Source: Candidatus Moraniibacteriota bacterium (lineage in GTDB: Bacteria > Patescibacteriota > Minisyncoccia > Moranbacterales > UBA1568). Taken from it: a stretch of DNA of 64,000 nt. The notes under the pieces were generated by a model. That model searched no databases. It worked only from the letters and a program-made list of their open reading frames with translations, and was not told the DNA's origin. A program made the translations under genes and the position numbers. Where the stretch lies: NCBI GenBank assembly GCA_013336285.1, contig JAAXTX010000003.1, positions 3,448-67,447 of the forward strand. The letters are read 5' to 3'. Positions 1 through 9,179 of the stretch are shown in pieces (position 1 is the stretch's first letter; each line of letters opens with the position of its first letter).

Positions 1-2
1 AT

Positions 3-1448
3 ATGAAGGTACCGGTCGTTTTTCATGTTCAGGACGGACTTCTACCGGCGGAAAGCACCCTTACCCAGCTCGAAAGAGTAGCAAGTAACGACGGGCTATA
101 TCTCCATATCGCCGCGATGGCGGACGTCCATTCCAAGCCGGGCCGTAAGAACGCGACCGGTACGACTATCGCATCCGAGAAATTCATCCTCCCCCAGGTA
201 AACGATACGGACCCGGCCTGCGGCATGCGTCTCATCCGGACGAACATGAACGAGGATGACCTTTCTCCCGAAGACATTGAGAAGCTCTTCAACGCACTCG
301 TCTTAAAGGTACCGACCAAGGCGCTCATCGGTACGAAACTCCCCTTCCATGTCGTGACCGACATCTGTCGGCAAGGTGTCGGCGCGGCGGTCGACTATCT
401 CGGTATCGAAACGAAATTCGAAAAAGAAAATTCCCTCGATCGCGGAAACTTCTTCGCAGAGGAGGTGTCCCGAAAGAAGATCTATGAGGTCATTCCCCGG
501 CTCTTCCTCTTCTTCGCGAAGTTCCGTTCCGGAATCCTGGGCGCCGCCGGTAACCACTTCCTGGATCTCATGAAGGTGACCGGGATCGAGGACTCGGCCG
601 TCGCGGAAAGACTGGGAATCAAAAACGGCCAGTATGTCTTCATGGTACACTGCGGATCCGGCATCCTCGGGCAATACACGATGTACATGTACACCGCCAA
701 GAAGCGCGAACACCTCTCGCAAGCCTTCATGGCCTGGCTCGGTCGCATGACGTTCTTCACGCCGCGTAAACACGTCATCGACGGCATTGCGAAGAAGATC
801 AAGAATTTCGATTTCGGTGACAAGGAGGAACTCTTCACTTTCGACGGAACAGGCGAGGATGGGAAGATGTACATGGAAGCGCGCAACGCCTGTTCGAATT
901 TTGCCCACGCGAACCGCGCCATCATCGCCCATAATGTCTCACAGACGATCAAGGACGTCCTCGGCCGCGACCCCGGTTTCGAACTCGTCTACGACATGCC
1001 GCACATCCTCGTTTCCGAAGAAGAGCATTTCGACAAGAAGGCCTGGATCCACCGAAACGGCACGAGCCGGGCCTACGGTCCGTCACGCATGGCGGATCAT
1101 CCGAATTTCCGCGAAACCGGCGAGCCGGCATTCATTCCGACTTCAATGTCGACGGAAGGCTACCTCTGCGTGGGTACGGACGGTAACGAATCCACATTCT
1201 TTTCCTGTAATCACGGTGCCGGGAAACCGAAGGCGGCGGCCGAATCGGTCATCCCTCAGAGTCGTGAGGAACTGGATAAGAAACTCGCCACAAGAGGAGT
1301 ACGACTCTATAACGGCCGATCGTCCAAGGTCATAGAACAGGATTCCGCCCACTATAAGAACGCGGACGCCGTCATCACGAGCGTCAGAGAAAACGACGTC
1401 GTCAAACCCGTCGCCAAGCTACAACCGATCGCGGTCATCATGTATTAA
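3..1448 (+). CDS. rtcB: RNA-splicing ligase RtcB (archaeal-length form, 481 aa). ATG is 2 nt from the window edge, so a longer N-terminus cannot be excluded.
   Basis: The RtcB metal-binding motifs are present: DPACGMRL (Cys-Gly-Met), HCGSGILG and FFSCNHGAGKP (NHGAG). TAA stop at 1446-1448. Confidence 0.78.
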   Translation: MKVPVVFHVQDGLLPAESTLTQLERVASNDGLYLHIAAMADVHSKPGRKNATGTTIASEKFILPQVNDTDPACGMRLIRTNMNEDDLSPEDIEKLFNALVLKVPTKALIGTKLPFHVVTDICRQGVGAAVDYLGIETKFEKENSLDRGNFFAEEVSRKKIYEVIPRLFLFFAKFRSGILGAAGNHFLDLMKVTGIEDSAVAERLGIKNGQYVFMVHCGSGILGQYTMYMYTAKKREHLSQAFMAWLGRMTFFTPRKHVIDGIAKKIKNFDFGDKEELFTFDGTGEDGKMYMEARNACSNFAHANRAIIAHNVSQTIKDVLGRDPGFELVYDMPHILVSEEEHFDKKAWIHRNGTSRAYGPSRMADHPNFRETGEPAFIPTSMSTEGYLCVGTDGNESTFFSCNHGAGKPKAAAESVIPQSREELDKKLATRGVRLYNGRSSKVIEQDSAHYKNADAVITSVRENDVVKPVAKLQPIAVIMY

Positions 1449-1461
1449 CGGCAAATTAATA

Positions 1462-1498
1462 AAGACGACCGCCCTCTTGCGAGGAGTCGTCTTTTTTG
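1462..1498 (+). terminator. Rho-independent terminator after rtcB. An A-run on the other side makes it usable in both directions.
   Basis: Stem aagacgac/gtcgtctt (1462-1469 / 1487-1494) with an inner cctc..gagg pairing, followed by TTTTTT. Confidence 0.6.
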
Positions 1499-1548
1499 GT
1501 ATGCATTAACCGATAATTTCGGCGTCCGGTATTTACCGGATTGCGATT

Positions 1549-1782
1549 TTAGGAGATGTACCCACCGGCCCATTCCGCATACAACCGATCGAGTCGGAGT
1601 TTCAGCGCGACAATCACGTGAATCCGGGAAAAATCGATCATACCAGTCCTGCGAGAAAACTCTTCCGCTAATCGCATTTCCCTCTCGATAGTTCTCTTCG
1701 TCTGAATAATGCGAGTGGGACGATGACCATTCGTTCCCAACGTGAATAATCTTTCGATCGCTCCTTGATTCAGAAATGCCAT
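1549..1782 (-). CDS. Hypothetical small protein (77 aa).
   Basis: ORF with GGAGGTG 4 nt upstream of the ATG on the minus strand. No recognisable motif. Confidence 0.3.
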   Translation of the reverse strand: MAFLNQGAIERLFTLGTNGHRPTRIIQTKRTIEREMRLAEEFSRRTGMIDFSRIHVIVALKLRLDRLYAEWAGGYIS

Positions 1783-1858
1783 TTACACCTCCGCCAGTCT
1801 ATTGATTGAAAGTGACTTTCTTCGAGCTTCCGAACACTAGCTAACGACGCGGAGTCTG

Positions 1859-3250
1859 TCAATCGTCGGACGATGCGATGCCGAGAAGCGTGGTCAGAAA
1901 GAGCATTCCGGATACGGAATCCCAGAGAAAGTGATCGAAAAGAAGACTCGGAACGAAGAGCAGGAACATGACTGTGGCCGTAGCACTCCTTTTTTTTATC
2001 ATCTCAGACGTGAGCGACACCAGGAAGCAGATTAACAATACGAGGCCCGGGATGCCTAACTCCGCCACGACAAGCAATGGCACGTCGTGCGCCGGCTGTA
2101 TGTTCCAGATCGATCGACCGGGATCGAGACTGATAAGCTCAGCCGTCGAATTCCATATCCCTGAACCGAGAAGCGGCCGTTCGCGAATGACCCGTACGGC
2201 ATCACGGTAGGTGGTCATCCGGTCCGTCACCGATCCTTCCCGATCCACGGTCGATCCGTCGAACCGCGGAAATGTCGTTTCTCGCAAAAGAAACGAGAAT
2301 ACGGCGCCGGATATCAGGACGGTACCGAAAAATGCCCAGACATATTTCCGCGTCACCGGATCCGTGGTTCGACGTCGCCTTATCCACTCCGAGAAGAGCA
2401 CTGAGAACCCCATTGAGAATCCGACCCATGCGAGGCGGGAAAATGACACGAAAATCCCGAGCAGTATAACCGCAGCCATGGCTGAGAACGCGACTCGCTT
2501 CCACGATTTCTCAAGCCATCGCAGCCGGGTTGAAACTACGATCCACCAAAACGCGAGAAGCAGTACTCCCGCAAGGTAAAGTCCGAACATATTCGGATGC
2601 GCGAACGTCCCGTAAGCCCTCAACCAGCGTCCGGAATCATTCTTCAGGACCGAGGTTCCGGCTTGCCAGACTTCGTGCGTACTCATTCCGAAAAACGTCG
2701 AGGAAAACGTATCCTGCGACAGGAATTGCCAAATTCCAATTAATGACTGCGTGACCGCGCCGAGAAGTAATGCGACGACTATCCTATCCAAAAGCCCCCT
2801 CCGCACCATGTCCCGCGCCATCATCAACGCGTCCGCGGCCACAAGCAATATCAGAAAACCGTACAAAGCCAAAGCATGATCCCGGGCCCAAAAAATCGAG
2901 AGCGACGCCCATAGGACGAATATCGCAAGTAAAGCATCGCTTCTCCGTTTTCGCCACATCGTTCGTATCAGCCGCCCGAACGCCTTTTTGCCGAATGCCT
3001 TGGTTTTCAGGGTTGCAGCGATCATTACGGCAAAGACAAGAACGGCCGACGATATATATATTCCTATCGTTCCATATTGCCATTTCTCTTCCCCGATCAT
3101 CGGCTCCCTCAACAAATAAACCGTCTGGAACGGAAGAAAAAACAGAAATGAAACAAATAGAAAATCTTTCACTTTCTCGCTCATATTCTTCACATAACGC
3201 CTCTCGAGCGGATATTCCGAGACGAGACTTCTTTTCATTCTCGTACTCAT
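1859..3250 (-). CDS. O-antigen ligase / Wzy_C-family polytopic membrane protein. The start was chosen at an internal Met because the longest ORF (to 3535) would overlap the divergent gene at 3375.
   Basis: At least 10 predicted TM helices and an HPNMFGLYLAGVLLLAF segment typical of the O-antigen ligase domain. The TGA stop is at 1859-1861 (minus strand). Confidence 0.5.
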   Translation of the reverse strand: MSTRMKRSLVSEYPLERRYVKNMSEKVKDFLFVSFLFFLPFQTVYLLREPMIGEEKWQYGTIGIYISSAVLVFAVMIAATLKTKAFGKKAFGRLIRTMWRKRRSDALLAIFVLWASLSIFWARDHALALYGFLILLVAADALMMARDMVRRGLLDRIVVALLLGAVTQSLIGIWQFLSQDTFSSTFFGMSTHEVWQAGTSVLKNDSGRWLRAYGTFAHPNMFGLYLAGVLLLAFWWIVVSTRLRWLEKSWKRVAFSAMAAVILLGIFVSFSRLAWVGFSMGFSVLFSEWIRRRRTTDPVTRKYVWAFFGTVLISGAVFSFLLRETTFPRFDGSTVDREGSVTDRMTTYRDAVRVIRERPLLGSGIWNSTAELISLDPGRSIWNIQPAHDVPLLVVAELGIPGLVLLICFLVSLTSEMIKKRSATATVMFLLFVPSLLFDHFLWDSVSGMLFLTTLLGIASSDD

Positions 3251-3374
3251 GATAGCAGTATAATACCCTCTTTTCATAGACATTCGTATATATCGTCTTG
3301 ACATGGCATTCCCGCACGTGATATAGGGATATCGAATTAACGAAGTTCCTTTCAACAACCAATCGGAGATCAAA

Positions 3375-4439
3375 ATGGGAAAAGCGGATGCTATAGCGGA
3401 TATCCAGTACATCGGAACAGCCATGGATTCAGCCTTGAAACAGAATGCCGAGAATCCTAGGCTTTCGAAGGAAACCATACGGCAGATTAAGGAGGGTTCG
3501 GTACGAAAAGTGGCCGGCTTCCATATCCGCGACAAATCGAGTCTTCAATCGACTCTCCACAGGGCGTCGTCTCGTGCCGCGGAACAGATTGACGGCTTTC
3601 GTAGAACTTGTGATAAAATCTCAGTCGATATGGCGACTCGCGGACTGAAACCCGCGCTGGCGTTCGTTTCGACAAAGACATGGAAACGTATATGCGACGA
3701 AAGCGGTCTATATCGGTTCAAGCCTGTCGAAGGACTGGTGAAAGTGTCCCGGCAACCGCTTGAACGGATGCGGTCCAGAGCCGAGTCGCTCAGCTCGCTG
3801 CTCATCAGGCTGATGGTACCAGCCATCGTTTTCGCTATATCGTGGGAAATCTTCACAATACTACCGCCCGATGCGAAACAGGGCGGCCCAAAAGTCATTG
3901 CCGGGATCTTAAGCATATTGACAGGAGTGATAATCTGGTTAATCCTCTCTATCGTCTTCGATGAAGACCTGGCCTCGTCGTTGAAGGAACGTCTGGCTTC
4001 TTTCTGCACGATACTGCAGATCAAGATGTTCTCTGTTCTGCCGAACCGGCTCACGTTCAAAGGGCTGTTTCCGGACATGGAAGAAGCCGGCGATTCGAAC
4101 TGTATATCGGCAGAGATTAAGCTTCCGGATCCTCCTGAAGATGAAATGAACGACGTCGCGACGACGATTCTTGCCGCGAAAGATCTTGGCCTGAAGGTAG
4201 CCGCGGTTCCCGGAGCGGTAACCTTTGTCGGCGGTATTCAGAACGCCCTTCTCCGAAGGGAAACCGCCGATCACGCCATCAGACTCAGCGAGATCGAGAA
4301 AAGAAGGGAGGCGAGGCGATTGGATCCGATTATCTACCATGAAAGAGAAGGTGTCGTCGCGATTATCGCGCAATTCGGCAATATTCCGATCGAGAAGAAA
4401 GTGGTCGAACGCATAATGAACGACCGGGATATCATCTGA
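3375..4439 (+). CDS. Hypothetical protein with two central TM helices.
   Basis: ORF with a GGAGAT RBS 7 nt upstream of the ATG. No motif recognised. Confidence 0.45.
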   Translation: MGKADAIADIQYIGTAMDSALKQNAENPRLSKETIRQIKEGSVRKVAGFHIRDKSSLQSTLHRASSRAAEQIDGFRRTCDKISVDMATRGLKPALAFVSTKTWKRICDESGLYRFKPVEGLVKVSRQPLERMRSRAESLSSLLIRLMVPAIVFAISWEIFTILPPDAKQGGPKVIAGILSILTGVIIWLILSIVFDEDLASSLKERLASFCTILQIKMFSVLPNRLTFKGLFPDMEEAGDSNCISAEIKLPDPPEDEMNDVATTILAAKDLGLKVAAVPGAVTFVGGIQNALLRRETADHAIRLSEIEKRREARRLDPIIYHEREGVVAIIAQFGNIPIEKKVVERIMNDRDII

Positions 4440-4458
4440 TATCTTGCCAGTCAATAAA

Positions 4459-4494
4459 CATGCCCGGTATCGAAAAAATACCGGGCATTCTTAT
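4459..4494 (+). terminator. Hairpin terminator after the 3375-4439 gene.
   Basis: An 11-bp stem atgcccggtat/ataccgggcat around a cgaaaaa loop. The downstream T tract is weak (tctt). Confidence 0.45.
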
Positions 4495-4722
4495 AATCCG
4501 CGTTTTGGCACATCGATCTTAGCGCGATTTATTCTGTTCGCCGTGGAACGAGATATTCCCTGATCTCGGAATTCATACCGATACGAACTTTCACGGTCGA
4601 AAGGAACGTGCGATATTATCATTCGTTTTCCCATTAATCGACTTTTCCCGACGTAGGGACCGAATCATATCGTCATGTTCATTGCCCCTTATGAATATTT
4701 CTGATACGGTAGTGAATGAAAC

Positions 4723-5364
4723 ATGCCTTTTCCAAGGCAATATCCCAATATGAATATCATCACCCTTTCAGGGACGGACGGTTCGGGAAAGTCCACTCAA
4801 CTCGGACTCCTACGGGAATATTTCGAGAAATCCGGAAAAAAAACGGCTTACCTGCATGCTGTCGAATTCTCACTCGCGAACCGAATCCGCAGAAAAGCGC
4901 ATAGCGGGAATCCGTTCGTTCCCGGACGGGAATCGGCATCCATGCATGCTTCGTTTCTTTCTCTTAAACTGAGAAAGCTGTTCCTCGCGATCGATCTTTT
5001 CAGGATCAGATTCCTTTTGCAGTCTCTCGAGCGAAGCGGTACAGATATTCTTTTTTCCGATCGCTACTTTTATGATTCGATTGTCAATATCGCGTTCCTA
5101 TCGGGCGATAAACAGGTCCGAAGCGTTTTGGCCCGGTATATCCCACGCCCCGATACCGCATTCTTCCTCGACGTCACGCCCGAGGAAATCATGCGCCGCG
5201 ACCGGATACCGGAACAGGGTCTGGAGTACATCAGCGCGAAGCTGGAACTCTTCCGTTCCAAGCTCGACGAGTGGGAAATGGTCCGTATAGACGCCGGCCG
5301 ATCGAAAGACGAGGTCTTCGCGTCCATACTGAAAGTATTGAAGAACCGAACCGAACGATCATGA
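4723..5364 (+). CDS. Thymidylate-kinase-like P-loop nucleoside/nucleotide kinase.
   Basis: The N-terminal NIITLSGTDGSGKSTQ P-loop resembles the dTMP kinase motif I(EG)xDGxGKTTQ. Its stop overlaps the next gene in ATGA. Confidence 0.5.
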   Translation: MPFPRQYPNMNIITLSGTDGSGKSTQLGLLREYFEKSGKKTAYLHAVEFSLANRIRRKAHSGNPFVPGRESASMHASFLSLKLRKLFLAIDLFRIRFLLQSLERSGTDILFSDRYFYDSIVNIAFLSGDKQVRSVLARYIPRPDTAFFLDVTPEEIMRRDRIPEQGLEYISAKLELFRSKLDEWEMVRIDAGRSKDEVFASILKVLKNRTERS

Positions 5365-6827
5365 AACATTTTTCACGGGCTCTTCTCTGGCTTACCGTTT
5401 CGGAAATCGTTTTTAACGTGTCCGGATATCTCATTCATTCCGTCGTAGGACGGTTGCTCGGCCCGAACGACTACGGACGATACGGCCTCATAGTGAACCT
5501 CACCACGACTGTCATCATCCTGATCGGAAACGGCATTCCGACCGCGATGTCTAAATATCTTGCGGAAATTTTCGAGACGCATCCCGAGAAGATACGCGGT
5601 ATCAAACGAAAAACGATATTCCTGCAGACGACCATAATGACCGCAGTCACGGGAATATTCTTTCTGCTTTCCCGGCCTATCGCACTTCTCCTCGGCGACG
5701 ATACGCTCACGCCTCTTTTCCGGCTTTCTTCCCTTATCATCCCCTCATTCGCAGCCGCCTCGTTTTATTTTTACTACTTCACCGGGCTACATTTTTTCAG
5801 GATTCAAGCATTCCTCAAAACGACGCGCGCGCTCACCAGGATGACGTTTATCATACTTCTTGCGATGTTTTTCGGGGTGAACGGCGCCGTTTCGGGATAT
5901 ATCATTTCTCCCCTCGTGGTCTTCGGAATCGCGATCATCTGCGATATCGTCTGGACTCACAAATATTTCCCCGCCGTCGGGATCAAAAAATCTCCTGGCT
6001 TTCCCGCGAAAAAACTCCTCGACTACGCGTGGCCTCTCACGCTCTTCCTCCTTTTTTATCAGCTCATCACCTCGCTCGACCTCTTCCTCGTAAAGGCATT
6101 GCTCCACGACGACCACCAAACCGGCCTTTACAACGCCGTCATCACGGTGGGCAATATCCCGTACTATCTCTTCTACGCCCTCACCATCATCCTCCTACCT
6201 GCGATTTCCAAGACTTCGGCGAATCGTGACGAAGCGGAGACCCGCTCACTCGTGAATAAGTCGCTGCGTCTCCTCGCTCTCATATTGTTTCCGACCGTCA
6301 CTCTCTTGTCTGCATACTCAGGCCCGGTCATCCGCATGTTCTACGGACATGCCTATATCGACGCGACGACATCCATGGGCATATTCGCCATCGGCAACGG
6401 TTTTCTCACCGTATTTTACGTTCTGGCGTTCGCGATAAGCGGGGCAGGACTTGTCATGATCCCGATGTATGTTTCCGGAGCGGGACTCATCGTCTCGGCG
6501 GTTCTCAATACCCTTCTCATCCCACCCCTCGGAATCGTCGGGTCCGCCATCGCCACCACTATCGTGACGTTCGTTCTCATGATCGGGGTTCTGGCCTTTA
6601 CCGACCGGCATTTCAAAGTACGAATCCCACTCAAGCTGTGGCTCATTTCGTTCGGGTCTTCAGCTATTTTAGTCCTTCTCTCAAAGTACCTTCCGCAAGG
6701 CTCGTTTTCCTTCCTCGTTTCTGCCGCTGTGCTCTTTCTTCTGCATTTCGGCATCCTCAGATTCTTCGGGGTACTTGAAGATGCCGACATCGCACCCTTA
6801 CGGAAATTATTAGCTATCGGCAAGTGA
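5361..6827 (+). CDS. Wzx-like polysaccharide flippase (MOP superfamily polysaccharide biosynthesis protein).
   Basis: About 12-14 TM helices, and the N-terminus (MKHFSRALLWLTVSEIVFNVSGYL...GPNDYGRYG) is characteristic of Wzx/RfbX-type proteins. The ATG at 5361 overlaps the upstream stop. The longer ORF from 5271 is an out-of-operon extension. Confidence 0.7.
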   Translation: MKHFSRALLWLTVSEIVFNVSGYLIHSVVGRLLGPNDYGRYGLIVNLTTTVIILIGNGIPTAMSKYLAEIFETHPEKIRGIKRKTIFLQTTIMTAVTGIFFLLSRPIALLLGDDTLTPLFRLSSLIIPSFAAASFYFYYFTGLHFFRIQAFLKTTRALTRMTFIILLAMFFGVNGAVSGYIISPLVVFGIAIICDIVWTHKYFPAVGIKKSPGFPAKKLLDYAWPLTLFLLFYQLITSLDLFLVKALLHDDHQTGLYNAVITVGNIPYYLFYALTIILLPAISKTSANRDEAETRSLVNKSLRLLALILFPTVTLLSAYSGPVIRMFYGHAYIDATTSMGIFAIGNGFLTVFYVLAFAISGAGLVMIPMYVSGAGLIVSAVLNTLLIPPLGIVGSAIATTIVTFVLMIGVLAFTDRHFKVRIPLKLWLISFGSSAILVLLSKYLPQGSFSFLVSAAVLFLLHFGILRFFGVLEDADIAPLRKLLAIGK

Positions 6828-6860
6828 TATCCTGTCGTCACCCCGCATATCGAGAAACAT

Positions 6861-6893
6861 AAAAACCCCCAAGAGATACTCCGGGGGGTTTAT
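6861..6893 (+). terminator. Bidirectional rho-independent terminator between the convergent flippase gene and the 6907 minus-strand gene.
   Basis: aaaaa-CCCCC-(loop)-GGGGGG-tttat. Confidence 0.55.
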
Positions 6894-6906
6894 CGTTCAT
6901 ACGGTG

Positions 6907-7458
6907 TCAATTCGTGTTCATCGGGCGATCATTGAACAGATTGAAGCTGTTCACACGATCGAATCGTTCCTGACCGGCCGGAAGATACAGGTATCCTATG
7001 GACTCGACGACAAGCATTGTCGGGTCGTCGTCATTCAGAGCTTCAGGATCATCAGTCGCACCCTTCTTCCTGCCCGACTGACAGGTATTCGTTTTCGACG
7101 ATTCAGCGGCATACAGTTTCGCCTGTTCCCTGAGCCAGCTCGTTTCCAACTCGTCGCAAAGGAACGACCTTCTCACCCTTTTCTTGAAAGCTCTCAGTTG
7201 ATTGCGAAACTTGCGTTCGGTGAAATGAGCGAATTGACAGCTCAAACTCTCTATACACACCTGTATCGCGCACGAATACCGGAAATCGTCCTCAAAATAT
7301 TCGCGCGCCTCGGTATCGTCCCCGAGACCGAGCATGAAAGCGAGCAGATCGTCGATCCCTTCCGATCTGTCTTCGTCCAGGAACAATTCGCGATCGTCAT
7401 TGACATCGTAGAACAGCAGGTTCAGGATGTCCCCGATATAGAATTTTCTCTGTCTCAT
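6907..7458 (-). CDS. Hypothetical acidic protein (183 aa).
   Basis: Its end abuts the terminator at 6861-6893, and it is co-directional with the downstream GT-C genes. The plus-strand ORF 6904-7524 is judged to be its shadow. Confidence 0.35.
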   Translation of the reverse strand: MRQRKFYIGDILNLLFYDVNDDRELFLDEDRSEGIDDLLAFMLGLGDDTEAREYFEDDFRYSCAIQVCIESLSCQFAHFTERKFRNQLRAFKKRVRRSFLCDELETSWLREQAKLYAAESSKTNTCQSGRKKGATDDPEALNDDDPTMLVVESIGYLYLPAGQERFDRVNSFNLFNDRPMNTN

Positions 7459-7566
7459 TTTGAAGGTTCCGTTTCAGGTTCCCGCAAGCGCCGCGGTGAG
7501 CAAAGCCGACTCTTTCAGCGATAGTGTATCGCATATGCGAAAAAAGGCAATCCAATAACCGGTATA

Positions 7567-9135
7567 TCAGTAACTTGATCCGTTCCCTCCCCACCGGAAC
7601 ACGAGTACGTCGCCACGGATGAGCACGTTACTTTGTCGGTCCATATGCCTGTACATGAAATTCTCAGCATCCCTCGAAATGTAATCCGCATCGTTACCGG
7701 AAAAGATTACCCATCCGGATGAGTACTTGGACATCAGCGACTGAAGTTCCGCCGTGGTCAGTTTGACCGTCGAGAGTTCGCCTCCAAAGTCGTAGACCGG
7801 AACATGCATACCGTTCCAGTAGTAGTTCCGAAAATTCCGAGCCACAAGTATTTCGCCGTCCGATGCGTTCTTCCGAAAGAACTGGAATATTTTCCTGTAG
7901 TTTGCGGCACTTCCGGAAGCGGTCTCATGATACGTATTATTTTCCTCAAGGAAATATCCCCAATTCGGCACCAGAAGTGCCAATGTGACAGTAGTCATGC
8001 AAGCAACATGTTTCCATCTTGCCGCCAGGAGTTTCTTTGCCTCGTTAACGAGTGCGTAACCTCCGGTCGCAATAAGGATTGCGAAAAAAGACTGTGCGAA
8101 AAAGATATACTGTTGCCCTTCGTTTCGACGCCATAACCAGACAGCCATAGCAAGCGGCACTAGAAACGACGATGAGAGCCATATTGCCTCCCGCTCGCGA
8201 TCGTATTTCCTAGCCAGAGACTGCGCCCCGAATACGGCGAGAAAAACGGCTAACATGGGCGCCCCGTAGTCCCTTACGACATAACCGAAATACGAATAGT
8301 GATTGTCAAACCAGACAAGCGTCTCCAAATAGGGCTTCATTTTTCCGGGCAACGCCAAAAATACTATCGCTGTCCCAATAATCCCGGTAAGAATCGTTGC
8401 TACATATTTATTCTGATAGCCGTTACCTTTCCGCCATTCACGTAAGGCCATAACTGTGACATAGATGCCGAAAATGGGGAGGATATTTACGGTCAACTGA
8501 TGAGTCATCGCGGATAGCGCTCCAAGTAGGACAACTGGGGCAAGATATGTGAAATTGAGCCCCGTTTTCGTCCAGGAAATCCTGAGGGATTTGAGCCGTC
8601 CTTTGTATTCATGCTCGAAGAACAGGAAAAGGGCCGTTGAAAATAGCAGATAAACCGGAAAGAACATTGAGTACATGCGCAACTTCCGATCAAATTCGAT
8701 TCCAGACGATGAAACCGCGAAAAGAAAGGCGGCAAAAAGTCCGATGGTTCTGCGTCCGGAAAGTTTCCATCCCACGAGAAACATGATCACCACCGTAAGT
8801 ACGCCCCATAAGGCCGATATGGCACGTGCATTTGCCTCTGTCGGGGGAAGAAACCGGAACACCTGTACGACCTGCCATTTATAGATGTTCGCACGCTCGT
8901 CACGGGCATCGTTCTCGTTAACGACGGCGGCTTTTCCGTCGTTGAAGTCCCATGCCTTCCATTCGCCCGTCTTGAAATATCCATAAGACGAATTGATGTC
9001 CAGGAATTCGTCCGCTACAAACGAATTGTTCCCCAGTCCCCAAAAACGAAGGGTCGCTCCAAGAATCAAGATAACCGCTAACGCTACAAATTTTATCTGC
9101 CGTACGCTCTTCATATAATTCCGCAGATTAGTCAT
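7567..9135 (-). CDS. GT-C fold membrane glycosyltransferase, ArnT/PMT-like (GT39/GT83 family), paralog A.
   Basis: Membrane protein with many TM helices. The family's acidic motif sits just after TM1 (FVADEFLDINSSYGYF). Confidence 0.62.
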   Translation of the reverse strand: MTNLRNYMKSVRQIKFVALAVILILGATLRFWGLGNNSFVADEFLDINSSYGYFKTGEWKAWDFNDGKAAVVNENDARDERANIYKWQVVQVFRFLPPTEANARAISALWGVLTVVIMFLVGWKLSGRRTIGLFAAFLFAVSSSGIEFDRKLRMYSMFFPVYLLFSTALFLFFEHEYKGRLKSLRISWTKTGLNFTYLAPVVLLGALSAMTHQLTVNILPIFGIYVTVMALREWRKGNGYQNKYVATILTGIIGTAIVFLALPGKMKPYLETLVWFDNHYSYFGYVVRDYGAPMLAVFLAVFGAQSLARKYDREREAIWLSSSFLVPLAMAVWLWRRNEGQQYIFFAQSFFAILIATGGYALVNEAKKLLAARWKHVACMTTVTLALLVPNWGYFLEENNTYHETASGSAANYRKIFQFFRKNASDGEILVARNFRNYYWNGMHVPVYDFGGELSTVKLTTAELQSLMSKYSSGWVIFSGNDADYISRDAENFMYRHMDRQSNVLIRGDVLVFRWGGNGSSY

Positions 9136-9179
9136 ACGTGGCTTACAGAATATCGCAACACTCGTTCATATAAGGCTTT

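Noticed and set aside
3251-3535. Full-length 558-aa version of the O-antigen-ligase-like ORF.
   Set aside because: It would overlap the divergent, RBS-supported gene at 3375 by 160 nt. An internal Met start is more plausible.
5271-5360. Upstream extension of the flippase ORF (start at 5271).
   Set aside because: It overlaps the kinase gene by 90 nt. The ATG at 5361 gives a canonical ATGA coupling and the conserved Wzx N-terminus.
6904-7524. Plus-strand 206-aa ORF overlapping the 6907-7458 minus-strand ORF.
   Set aside because: The minus ORF ends immediately at the bidirectional terminator and is co-directional with the downstream operon. The plus ORF would begin inside the terminator.
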